DNA of 64,000 bases from an uncultured Alphaproteobacteria bacterium (lineage in GTDB: Bacteria; Pseudomonadota; Alphaproteobacteria; HIMB59; GCA-002718135): the NCBI GenBank assembly GCA_902541215.1, contig CACBPV010000004.1, positions 18,569-82,568 on the forward strand, written 5' to 3'. Each line of letters opens with the position of its first letter. Position 1 is the first letter of the stretch. The notes beneath the pieces were generated by a model that worked only from the letters and a program-made list of their open reading frames with translations, was not told the DNA's origin and made no database searches. Of this stretch, positions 1 through 8,429 are shown one piece after another. The position numbers and the translations under genes were made by a program.

Positions 1-1115
1 TTGGTTTTACCGAAACATATGACACTGGAAAAGGTGGTTTAGAAAATGCTGATGAAGTCTACCCTGTTATAAAAAAGTGGTTAGAAAATAATGGAGAAAA
101 AGAAAATTGGTTCTTACATGTAAATATGTGGGATCCTCATACTCCGTATGATACGCCTGAAGACTTTGGAAATCCTTTTAAAGATGATCCTATTGAAGAA
201 TGGGTGACAGAAGAATTAATTAAAAAACAAAGGATTAGTTTCGGACCGCATAGCGCTAGAGAGGTACCTGGATTTAATGAAGATCTTGGAGGAAAGTATA
301 CAATGGGAGTGGGCGAAATTAAAAATACTTCTGATGCTAAAGAACAAATTGATGCATATGACACTGGAATTAAGTACGCTGATTTTTATTTAAATAAAGT
401 TTTTGAAGATTTAAAAAAAATGAATCTTTGGGATGATACAGCAATAATTATTTCAGCAGACCACGGTGAAAATCAAGGCGAGTTAAATGTTTGGGGAGAT
501 CACCAAACAGCTGATCATATAACTAATAGAGTTCCATTAATAATTAGATGGCCGGGGCTAACAGATACAAACAAAGGAAGTACTGTAGAAAATAAATTTT
601 ATAATTTAGATTTAACTTCAACTATTTCTCAAATTACTTCATCTTCACAACCTGACAGATGGGACGGTATTAATTTCACTGAAAATTTAACTAATAGTAA
701 ATCATCAAATGGAAGGGATTATTTAGTTATTAGTCATGGTGCTTGGAGTTGTCAAAGATCAGTAAGATGGGATAATTGGTTACTGATAAGAACGTACGAC
801 ACTGGTTTAAAAGATTTTCCAAAATATATGCTTTTTGATATTGAAAAGGATCCGCATGAGTTAAATAACCTAGCAGATCAGCATAAAGATCTCCTAGCTC
901 ACGGAATGTTTTTAATCGATGAGTGGATTGAAGAAAATATGTATGAGGCTGATAGAGGAGATCCACTTCAAGGTGTAATTAGAGAAGGCGGTCCTCATCA
1001 TGCAAATATTTATTCAAAAGTCTGGAATACATATGTTGAGCGTCTTGAAAAAACAGATAGAAAAAAACACGCTGACAATCTTAGGAAATATAAAGGAAAA
1101 CCTTTTAGTAAATAA
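1..1115 (+). CDS. Sulfatase-family hydrolase, 5'-truncated by the window edge
   Basis: Frame 3 is open from nt 3 to the TAA at 1113-1115, so track ORF 126..1115 begins at an internal Met. Upstream in-frame codons read ...ENWFLHVNMWDPHTPY. The conserved sulfatase xDHG motif (SADHGENQGE) follows. The N-terminal FGly motif lies outside the window. Confidence 0.85.
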   Translation, partial: GFTETYDTGKGGLENADEVYPVIKKWLENNGEKENWFLHVNMWDPHTPYDTPEDFGNPFKDDPIEEWVTEELIKKQRISFGPHSAREVPGFNEDLGGKYTMGVGEIKNTSDAKEQIDAYDTGIKYADFYLNKVFEDLKKMNLWDDTAIIISADHGENQGELNVWGDHQTADHITNRVPLIIRWPGLTDTNKGSTVENKFYNLDLTSTISQITSSSQPDRWDGINFTENLTNSKSSNGRDYLVISHGAWSCQRSVRWDNWLLIRTYDTGLKDFPKYMLFDIEKDPHELNNLADQHKDLLAHGMFLIDEWIEENMYEADRGDPLQGVIREGGPHHANIYSKVWNTYVERLEKTDRKKHADNLRKYKGKPFSK

Positions 1116-1127
1116 ATCTAAATCATA

Positions 1128-2495
1128 ATGAATATTAAATCTAAACCAAACATCATTGTATTTTTTACTGATCAACAACGTTGGGATACTTCTGGTTTAC
1201 ATGGCAATCCATTATCCTTGATGGAGAACTTCGATCATTATGCAGTCGAAGGCACACATCTTTATAATTCATTTACATGCCAACCAGTTTGTGGGCCTGC
1301 AAGAGCTTCATTACAATCAGGAATGTATGCAACAAAAACTGGATGTTTTAAAAATAGAATACCTTTAAAAAAAAATATTAAAACTCTAGCAAAACATTTA
1401 TCAAAAGAAGGATATGCTACTGGATATATTGGAAAGTGGCACCTCGGCTCATCTGAACCTGTTAAAAAAGAGGATCGAGGTGGTTATGATTATTGGTTGG
1501 GATCAAATCTATTAGAATTTACTTCTGATGCTTATGAAACATATGTTTATGATGGGCAGAATAAAAAAGTGTTTCTTCCTGGATATAGAGTTGATGCAAT
1601 AACTGATGCAGCTATAAATTTTATAAAACTAAATCAAAAAAAACCATTTTTTCTTTTCGTTTCTCTTATTGAACCACATCACCAAAACAATACAGATGAT
1701 TATCCACCACCTATTGGATACAGAGAAAAATATACAGGTAAGTGGTCTCCGCCAGATCTTTCATCTCTGGTTGGATCGTCTCCTCGACATTTAGGAGGTT
1801 ATTATGGAATGGTGAAAAGAATAGATGAAGCTTATGGAAGAATGATTGATGTTATTAAAAGCTTAAAATTATTTGATGATAGTGCCATTATTTTTACATC
1901 TGATCATGGAAATAATTTTAAAACACGAAATAGAGAATATAAACGTTCATGTCATGAAAGTTCAATACGGGTTCCTACTTCTTTAATTGGAAATGTTTTC
2001 CAGCAAGGTGGACGTATAAAAGAACTAACCAACATATTAGATATTCATGCAACAATATTGGATTTAGCAAAAGTCAAAAATACTTCTCATTGTGATGGTA
2101 GTTCAGTATTGCCTTTAGTGAATAAAACTTCCAAAAAATGGGATAACGAAATTTTTATTCAGATCAGTGAAAGTCAATTAGCTAGAAGTCTGAGAACAGA
2201 AAAATGGAAATATTGTATTGCTGATCAAGACTCTAATGGAAGTGATAAACCTTCATCTAATCAATACACAGAAACAAATTTATATGATCTTGATGCTGAT
2301 CCATATGAATTAAATAACTTAATTGGTATTAATACTTATGATGAAATAGTAACCTCCTTAAGAAAAAAGATTAAAAGTAAAATTAAAAAAGTTGAAAATA
2401 TAACAACTAAAATTATAAAAGCTAAAAATGTAAATAATCCTGGTCAAATGGGATTAAATCCCGATTCTTTTCACAGATTAAAGAAAAAACTTTAA
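1128..2495 (+). CDS. Cys-type sulfatase (arylsulfatase A family), no signal peptide
   Basis: N-terminus is MNIKSKPNIIVFFTDQQRWD (metal-binding strand). C-x-P-x-R motif sits in CQPVCGPARASLQSG. GKWHLG and TSDHG are present. Starts 12 nt after the previous sulfatase. Confidence 0.9.
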   Translation: MNIKSKPNIIVFFTDQQRWDTSGLHGNPLSLMENFDHYAVEGTHLYNSFTCQPVCGPARASLQSGMYATKTGCFKNRIPLKKNIKTLAKHLSKEGYATGYIGKWHLGSSEPVKKEDRGGYDYWLGSNLLEFTSDAYETYVYDGQNKKVFLPGYRVDAITDAAINFIKLNQKKPFFLFVSLIEPHHQNNTDDYPPPIGYREKYTGKWSPPDLSSLVGSSPRHLGGYYGMVKRIDEAYGRMIDVIKSLKLFDDSAIIFTSDHGNNFKTRNREYKRSCHESSIRVPTSLIGNVFQQGGRIKELTNILDIHATILDLAKVKNTSHCDGSSVLPLVNKTSKKWDNEIFIQISESQLARSLRTEKWKYCIADQDSNGSDKPSSNQYTETNLYDLDADPYELNNLIGINTYDEIVTSLRKKIKSKIKKVENITTKIIKAKNVNNPGQMGLNPDSFHRLKKKL

Positions 2496-2526
2496 TAATT
2501 TTTTTTTTCGTATTAATCTAATTTTT

Positions 2527-4029
2527 ATGAAAACAGTTTTCCTTTTATTTGATTCTTTAAATAAAAGAATGTTAAATTCTTATGGTGGTAAATATATTGA
2601 AACACCAAATTTTAACCGATTGGCAGAAAAATCAGTTCAATTTAATAATCATTATATTGGAAGTATGCCATGTATGCCCGCAAGACGTGATATGCACTCG
2701 GGACGCTTAAGTTTTTTGCACCGTGCATGGGGCCCCTTAGAACCATTTGATAATTCATTTCCAGAAATTTTAAGACTTAAAAATACATATACTCATCTTG
2801 TGACTGATCATTATCATTACTTCGAAGACGGTGGTGCAACGTATCATAATAGATTTAATTCTTGGGATTTTATTAGAGGACAAGAGAGTGACCCATGGAA
2901 AGCTATGGTTCAACCGCCTCTTGAAAAACTGAGAGAAAAATATCATCAATCTCAATTAAATCTAACTGATAGGGAAACAGGTTATTATCATTATGCAATC
3001 AATAGTGAGTTTATTAAAGAAGAAAAAGATTTTCCTTCCGTCAAATGCTTTCAATCTGGATTAGATTTTATTAATATCAATAAAGATGCAGATAACTGGT
3101 TCCTTCAATTGGAAACCTTTGATCCACATGAACCTTTCTTTGCACCTGAGCGCTTTAGAGAAAAATTAAAAACTAATTACAAAGGCCCAAGATTAGATTG
3201 GCCTCAATATGACAGAGTTAAAGAAACAGATGATGAAGTCGCGGAATTAAAAGCTAACTACATTGCTTTAATTGGTTTATGTGATTACTTGTTAGGTACT
3301 GTCTTAGATTATTTTGATGAGAATAATTTATGGGATGACACTGCATTGGTTTTAACTACTGATCATGGCTTTATGCTCGGAGAACATGATTGGTGGGCTA
3401 AAAATAGAATGCCTTTATATAATGAAATTGCCAATATTCCGTTCTATTTCTATCATCCTGAATTTAAAGATCATACCGGTGAGCAAAGAAATGTTGTAAC
3501 ACAAAATATTGATCTGATGCCTACGTTTATGACAATGCACGGCCATGATGTTCCTAAAGAAGTAAAAGGTAAGTCCATTTTGAATTTTTTAGATAAAGAT
3601 AATGAAAATGATTATTTTGCTTTGTATGGATATTGGGGCGGTGGAATTAATATCTCTGATGGAAAATATTCATATTTTCACTACCCTGAAAATTTTGATC
3701 AGTATGATAGAAGTAGATTCCAATACACTTTAATGCCAACTAATATGAGACAATTTTTTTCACACGAAGAGTTACAAACAGCAACTATGCATGAGCCTTT
3801 TGATTTTACAAAGAACATACCAGTTATGAAAGTAAATAGAATACTTCGAAAGACTGATCCACATAAATCTTTAGAAGATACTAAAAGTTCACTCTATGAT
3901 TTAAAAAAAGATCCAGGTCAATTAAGCCCAGTTAATGATATTTCTTTAATGAATAAATATAAAAATATCATGTTGGAAGAAATTAAAAATTATGATCCTC
4001 CAGAAGAATTATTAAAAAATTATTTCTAA
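2527..4029 (+). CDS. Sulfatase-family protein (Cys-type motif), no signal peptide
   Basis: N-terminus is MKTVFLLFDSLN. C-x-P-x-R motif sits in GSMPCMPARRDMHSGR. TTDHGFMLGEH is present. 500 aa. Confidence 0.85.
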   Translation: MKTVFLLFDSLNKRMLNSYGGKYIETPNFNRLAEKSVQFNNHYIGSMPCMPARRDMHSGRLSFLHRAWGPLEPFDNSFPEILRLKNTYTHLVTDHYHYFEDGGATYHNRFNSWDFIRGQESDPWKAMVQPPLEKLREKYHQSQLNLTDRETGYYHYAINSEFIKEEKDFPSVKCFQSGLDFININKDADNWFLQLETFDPHEPFFAPERFREKLKTNYKGPRLDWPQYDRVKETDDEVAELKANYIALIGLCDYLLGTVLDYFDENNLWDDTALVLTTDHGFMLGEHDWWAKNRMPLYNEIANIPFYFYHPEFKDHTGEQRNVVTQNIDLMPTFMTMHGHDVPKEVKGKSILNFLDKDNENDYFALYGYWGGGINISDGKYSYFHYPENFDQYDRSRFQYTLMPTNMRQFFSHEELQTATMHEPFDFTKNIPVMKVNRILRKTDPHKSLEDTKSSLYDLKKDPGQLSPVNDISLMNKYKNIMLEEIKNYDPPEELLKNYF

Positions 4030-4150
4030 AAAATACCACAAATCCCAGGAAAATATCTTTATTTTAAAAAAAAATTGTCATTTTAAATTATTGTATAAAT
4101 TTCTATATCGGCTAGATTAAATTCATTATTTTAATAATTTGGGAGGAAAA

Positions 4151-5446
4151 ATGAATTTTTTAAAATTTATTACTAAAAAAATTTACTTATTTATTTTCTC
4201 ATTATTTTTATCATTTGGTTTTATAACAACTAGTTATGCTACTGATATAACAATATGGGATTTAAGTGGTAGGAACGGTCAGGATGAGTTTTATGATAAT
4301 CTCAATAAAGAATACAAAAAAATTAATCCTGATGTAAATATAATTCTTCAAACATTTGAAAATGAAGCTTACAAAACTCAAATTCAAGTGGCCTTAAATG
4401 GTAATGATGGACCAGATGTATTCTTTAACTGGTTTGGTGAAGATAGTGCTCGTTTAGCAAGAGCGGGATTAGCATTAGATATAACTCCTTATGCAAATGT
4501 TGAAGGCGGATATGGTAACTACATTAGTGAAGGATTATCAAACACAACTGCTGTTAATGGTAAAATATATGGAGTACCAAATACTTCAGTCTCAAAATAT
4601 TTTCACTATGACCCCGCTTTTTTTGAAGCAAATAGCTTAACAGTTCCAAAAACATTTGATGACTTATTAAATCTTTGTAGAGATATTAGAGCAATTGATT
4701 CTTCTATTGTTCCATGGCCTTTAGGAAACTCAGAAAGATGGAAGCTTAATCACGTTATAACTATGTTAAACCAAAGAGTTGTAGGTGAAGAAAATACAGC
4801 TGCAGATTATAGCCTATCTGCATCAGAAGATGAGTTATTTACTAACCCAGCATATGTTGAAGCGTGGCAGAAAGTTGTAGATTTACAAGATGCAGGTTGC
4901 TTTCAGGACGCACCTAATGCAACAGCACCTGAGTTGACAAGATCAATGTTTTCATCACAAATTTCACCAATGATATATTGTGGGACATGGTGTGGAGGCA
5001 TCTTTGATAGTGAAGGTTTTTCTGACTTTAGTTATTTTAGATTTCCAGAAGTAGTTGGAGGAGCGGGTGCGGCAACTGTAGGCTTCCTTGTTCCATCTGG
5101 TATGATGGTTTCAGCAAAAACACCTCATCCTGAGATCGCAGCTCATGTTGCCTCATTTATGGTATCAGATGATATGGCATTGCAAGCAGCTGAATTAATG
5201 GGCTTTATGCCTTCTAATCCCTCTAAAATTGGCGAAATGAGTAATCCAACTCATTGGTTTAATTTTTATGTTAATGATATTGCAGACAAAACAGGACACG
5301 TAAACGTTTTGGATGTTTTATTAGAAGCAAATGTTTCAAATGCTTATCTTGATATGGGAACTGAAATTCTAAATAGAACGAAGACTCCGCAAGAAGCTAT
5401 GGATTTCATTAGACAGGTTGCTTTAGAAGCTAAAGCAGCGATGTAA
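4151..5446 (+). CDS. ABC transporter substrate-binding protein (CUT1 / family-1 sugar SBP)
   Basis: ATG at 4151 follows a GGGAGG Shine-Dalgarno; the track TTG at 4139 lies inside that SD. Signal peptide MNFLKFITKKIYLFIFSLFLSFGFITTSYA/TD. Size, composition and position upstream of MalF/MalG-like permeases fit an extracellular sugar-binding protein. Confidence 0.85.
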   Translation: MNFLKFITKKIYLFIFSLFLSFGFITTSYATDITIWDLSGRNGQDEFYDNLNKEYKKINPDVNIILQTFENEAYKTQIQVALNGNDGPDVFFNWFGEDSARLARAGLALDITPYANVEGGYGNYISEGLSNTTAVNGKIYGVPNTSVSKYFHYDPAFFEANSLTVPKTFDDLLNLCRDIRAIDSSIVPWPLGNSERWKLNHVITMLNQRVVGEENTAADYSLSASEDELFTNPAYVEAWQKVVDLQDAGCFQDAPNATAPELTRSMFSSQISPMIYCGTWCGGIFDSEGFSDFSYFRFPEVVGGAGAATVGFLVPSGMMVSAKTPHPEIAAHVASFMVSDDMALQAAELMGFMPSNPSKIGEMSNPTHWFNFYVNDIADKTGHVNVLDVLLEANVSNAYLDMGTEILNRTKTPQEAMDFIRQVALEAKAAM

Positions 5447-5456
5447 ATATATTATT

Positions 5457-5490
5457 AATTTCGGCTATTTTTTAATAGCCGAAATTTTTT
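5457..5490 (+). terminator. Intrinsic terminator/attenuator hairpin between the SBP and permease genes
   Basis: Perfect 13-bp stem AATTTCGGCTATT / AATAGCCGAAATT (5457-5469 / 5474-5486), 4-nt loop, then TTTT running straight into the permease ATG at 5491. Confidence 0.6.
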
Positions 5491-6396
5491 ATGGACAAAA
5501 ATAATACACAAACAAATAGTTTCTCTTTGTCAAATGACAAAGTTTCCGTTGCTATACTTCTCATACCAGCTTTAATATTTTGTACGATTTTTATATTTAT
5601 ACCTGCTATTGGCACCATTGTAGGTTCATTTTATAGTTATAGTCTTACCTCAATGAATAACTGGAAATGGGTTGGCTTTGGCAATTATGTTAAAGCAACT
5701 CAAGATGAATATTTTTGGGTAGCTTTAAAAAATAATTTTATAATAGTTTTTGCATCTATTGTTCTTCAAGTAGGTGTAGGAACAATTTTAGCCGCAATTC
5801 TAGATAGAGGTATAAAGCATGGAAAAGTAATTTTTAGAACAATAATATTTACCCCAATGGTTATATCGTCAGTAGCCGTGAGCTTAATTTGGTTAATAAT
5901 TTATGATCCAAATGTAGGTATTTTAAATGCAATTTTTAAATCCATCGGTTTGCCAACCCCTTCCAAAGGATGGTTAGGCGATCCTAATATCTCAATCTGG
6001 ATGATTATGATTACTGCAGCATGGCAGAATACAGGATTTATGATGGTGTTAATATTGGCAGGCTTACAAAGTGTTTCTAAAGAAGTTTATGATGCAGCAG
6101 AGATAGATGGGGCAACTGGGGTCAAAGCTTTTTGGTATATTACCCTTCCAATGATTAGAAATGTTTTAATTGTTGCAATTTTAATTACAACAATTGGTGC
6201 ATTTAAAGTTTTTGAATTTATTTTTGTATTTACAGGAGGAGGCCCTGCAAATGCAACACAGGTTTTAGGTACATATATTTATTTACAAGCTTTTAATTTA
6301 TTGCACATGGGATATGCTAATGCAATATCTGTAATACTATTAATTATTGCATTATTTCTTGGTTGGTTACAACTTACATCAAGTAGGAAAGCATAA
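5491..6396 (+). CDS. ABC transporter permease (MalF/UgpA-like, CUT1)
   Basis: Multi-TM protein with an EAA-loop region, AAEIDGATGVKAFWYITLPMIRN. Confidence 0.9.
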   Translation: MDKNNTQTNSFSLSNDKVSVAILLIPALIFCTIFIFIPAIGTIVGSFYSYSLTSMNNWKWVGFGNYVKATQDEYFWVALKNNFIIVFASIVLQVGVGTILAAILDRGIKHGKVIFRTIIFTPMVISSVAVSLIWLIIYDPNVGILNAIFKSIGLPTPSKGWLGDPNISIWMIMITAAWQNTGFMMVLILAGLQSVSKEVYDAAEIDGATGVKAFWYITLPMIRNVLIVAILITTIGAFKVFEFIFVFTGGGPANATQVLGTYIYLQAFNLLHMGYANAISVILLIIALFLGWLQLTSSRKA

Positions 6397-7214
6397 TGAC
6401 AAGATTTAAGTTAGCAAATTTGATAGCTTATGGTTTTGTAAGTCTTTTTAGTATTTATGTTCTTATGCCAATTATTGTAATGGTATTAACAACTTTTAAA
6501 TCTAAACGAGAAATTTTTTTAGAACCTTTAGGATTGCCTAGTCAATTTGGCTTATCTTCATTTGAAAAAGCTCTAAGTGTAGGGCTTGGCAGTTTTATGT
6601 TAAATTCTTTAATAGTTTCTTTCTTCGCTGTTTTTTTAATTGTTACTATTTCAGGAATGGCAGCTTACGTACTTTCAAGAATTGATTTTAAAATTAATAA
6701 ATTTGTATATTTATTGATTGTTGCAGGGTTTGCTATTCCGCCAGCTGCTGTTTTAGTACCATTGTATACGATGGTTTCGAACTTAAATTTACTAAACAGT
6801 TTATTTGGAGTTATTATGCCTCTTACTGCATTTGGAATTCCTTTTACCGTTATTCTTTTTTATGCTTTCTTTTTAGATTTTCCAAAAGAAGTAGAGGAGG
6901 CTGCAACTATTGATGGTTGTACAAAACTTCAAATTTTTTTCAGAATAATTGTACCCTTATCTGGACCAGTTATTGCAAGTGCTGCAATTTTTCAAACTGT
7001 TTGGATTTGGAATGAATTTTTATTAGCACTAATAATGTTAACTTCAGACGACTTTAAAACTTTGCCTATAGGTCTATTAAAACTAAGAGGAGAGTGGACA
7101 TCTGATTGGGGGGCAATTATGGCAGGACTTACAATAGCGGTAATTCCTGTCTTAATAGTATTCCTAATATTCCAAAAGTATTTTGTTAGATCATTGGCAG
7201 GGTTAGGAAAATAG
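6396..7214 (+). CDS. ABC transporter permease (MalG/UgpE-like, CUT1)
   Basis: TAATG overlap with the upstream permease. EAA loop EAATIDGCTKLQIFFRIIVPLSGP. Six predicted hydrophobic segments. Confidence 0.9.
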   Translation: MTRFKLANLIAYGFVSLFSIYVLMPIIVMVLTTFKSKREIFLEPLGLPSQFGLSSFEKALSVGLGSFMLNSLIVSFFAVFLIVTISGMAAYVLSRIDFKINKFVYLLIVAGFAIPPAAVLVPLYTMVSNLNLLNSLFGVIMPLTAFGIPFTVILFYAFFLDFPKEVEEAATIDGCTKLQIFFRIIVPLSGPVIASAAIFQTVWIWNEFLLALIMLTSDDFKTLPIGLLKLRGEWTSDWGAIMAGLTIAVIPVLIVFLIFQKYFVRSLAGLGK

Positions 7215-7228
7215 TATAAGTTTATTAT

Positions 7229-7507
7229 ATGGCAAAAAGACAAAAAGTTTTAGCTCTCTATTTAAAGTTTCCAAGTTTAGAGGCTGAAGTTATTTCTTGG
7301 GCTACTTTTGATGGTACCGGAAAAAAACTTCATATGACTGGCGATAGTGATGAGCCCCCTTATCCAACAGGTCTTGATGCATTATTAGATGGATGGAGAT
7401 TATTTCAATCTAGCCAGGCTATTCCAGAATATCCAGGTCAAGAATTTAGAACATCATATTTAAAACATGAATTTTTTTTTGAAAAATTAGAGGAAGGAGA
7501 TTTTTAA
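7229..7507 (+). CDS. Hypothetical 92-aa soluble protein (no recognised family)
   Basis: The ORF fills the gap between the permease and the dioxygenase exactly. Its stop is 1 nt before the next ATG. Composition is non-repetitive (…DEPPYPTGLDALLDGWRLFQ…). No motif recognised. Confidence 0.5.
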   Translation: MAKRQKVLALYLKFPSLEAEVISWATFDGTGKKLHMTGDSDEPPYPTGLDALLDGWRLFQSSQAIPEYPGQEFRTSYLKHEFFFEKLEEGDF

Positions 7508-7508
7508 C

Positions 7509-8429
7509 ATGGCAAAATTATTAACAACAGAACAGATGGCAGAATTTGCTAGTAGTGGATGCTTATTTTTTGAAGAATTAATTGATAAAGAAACAAATAA
7601 AGAATTCTTAGATGATATTGGTCATACGAGTGCAGACAAAGTTGATAGTATGGAAACATATAATAAAAATATTAAAGCGACTAGCAGCATTCCAAGAATA
7701 AAAGCTGGATCGCCTTTAAAAAATGCCTATCCAGTTAATTCACCATTAGAAAAGATTTTAAAAAATGAAGTAGTAGCTGGTGCTATACAAAGTTTAGTCG
7801 GTTCTAATCCTATTGTTGATCATCAAGCTTTACATTTAACTTTTCCAACTAAGTTTTTTAAAGGAGCTAATAAAAGACAAATGTCTCAAGGAAACCATCA
7901 GGACAGTACAATCGATCCAAGATCTACATTTGACATACAGGTATTTTATTTTCCAACTGAAGTCACAAAGGAAATGGGAGGAACAAGATATCATCCTGGA
8001 ACACATTTACGAATAGTTAATGAGTTTGCTATTGCAAAATATCAGAATATTTTAGGCCAAAAAAGTATAGTATGTAAACCTGGTACCATAGGAATATTTC
8101 ATAATGGCTTGTGGCATGGAGCAGGTGTTAATTTTTCTGACGAAATTCGTTATATGTTTAAAGTAAGACTACAACCAACTGAGAAACAGGAATTGTTGTG
8201 GGATCCAGAAAAAAAATATAAACCTCTACCTAATCGTGCTCTTTATTGGACTGATGAAAACAAAGAAGAGACCATAAATGATATTCTAATGCAATCCTAT
8301 CCTTGGCAAGAAGCTGATACAAATAGACTTGATAAAATAAATGTTGTCAAGTTTTGGAGATTATTAACTGGTCACAAGAAAATGGATGTCGACTATTGGC
8401 TTACAAGAATTGAAAATAAATTATATTAA
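7509..8429 (+). CDS. Fe(II)/2-oxoglutarate dioxygenase, phytanoyl-CoA dioxygenase (PhyH) family
   Basis: H-x-D iron motif in GNHQDSTID and a distal His in GLWHGAGVN. PhyH-like N-terminus LTTEQMAEFASSGCLFFEELI. Confidence 0.75.
   Translation: MAKLLTTEQMAEFASSGCLFFEELIDKETNKEFLDDIGHTSADKVDSMETYNKNIKATSSIPRIKAGSPLKNAYPVNSPLEKILKNEVVAGAIQSLVGSNPIVDHQALHLTFPTKFFKGANKRQMSQGNHQDSTIDPRSTFDIQVFYFPTEVTKEMGGTRYHPGTHLRIVNEFAIAKYQNILGQKSIVCKPGTIGIFHNGLWHGAGVNFSDEIRYMFKVRLQPTEKQELLWDPEKKYKPLPNRALYWTDENKEETINDILMQSYPWQEADTNRLDKINVVKFWRLLTGHKKMDVDYWLTRIENKLY

Noticed and set aside
137-966. Minus-strand ORFs 137..364 and 730..966 inside the first sulfatase
   Set aside because: They are antisense to a frame carrying sulfatase motifs, with no independent support.
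400-2520. Long A/T homopolymer runs inside and between the sulfatase genes (for example A8 near 413-420 and T10 near 2498-2507) as possible slippage or frameshift sites
   Set aside because: Every affected reading frame stays open and motif-complete across the runs. Such tracts are expected from base composition alone.
4139-4150. TTG start for the SBP gene (MGGK…)
   Set aside because: The TTG-GGA-GGA codons are themselves the GGGAGG ribosome-binding site for the ATG at 4151.
6992-7243. 83-aa minus-strand ORF spanning the end of the second permease and the start of the 92-aa ORF
   Set aside because: It runs against a tightly coupled same-strand operon, has no RBS and has no motif. The sense-strand genes explain the region fully.
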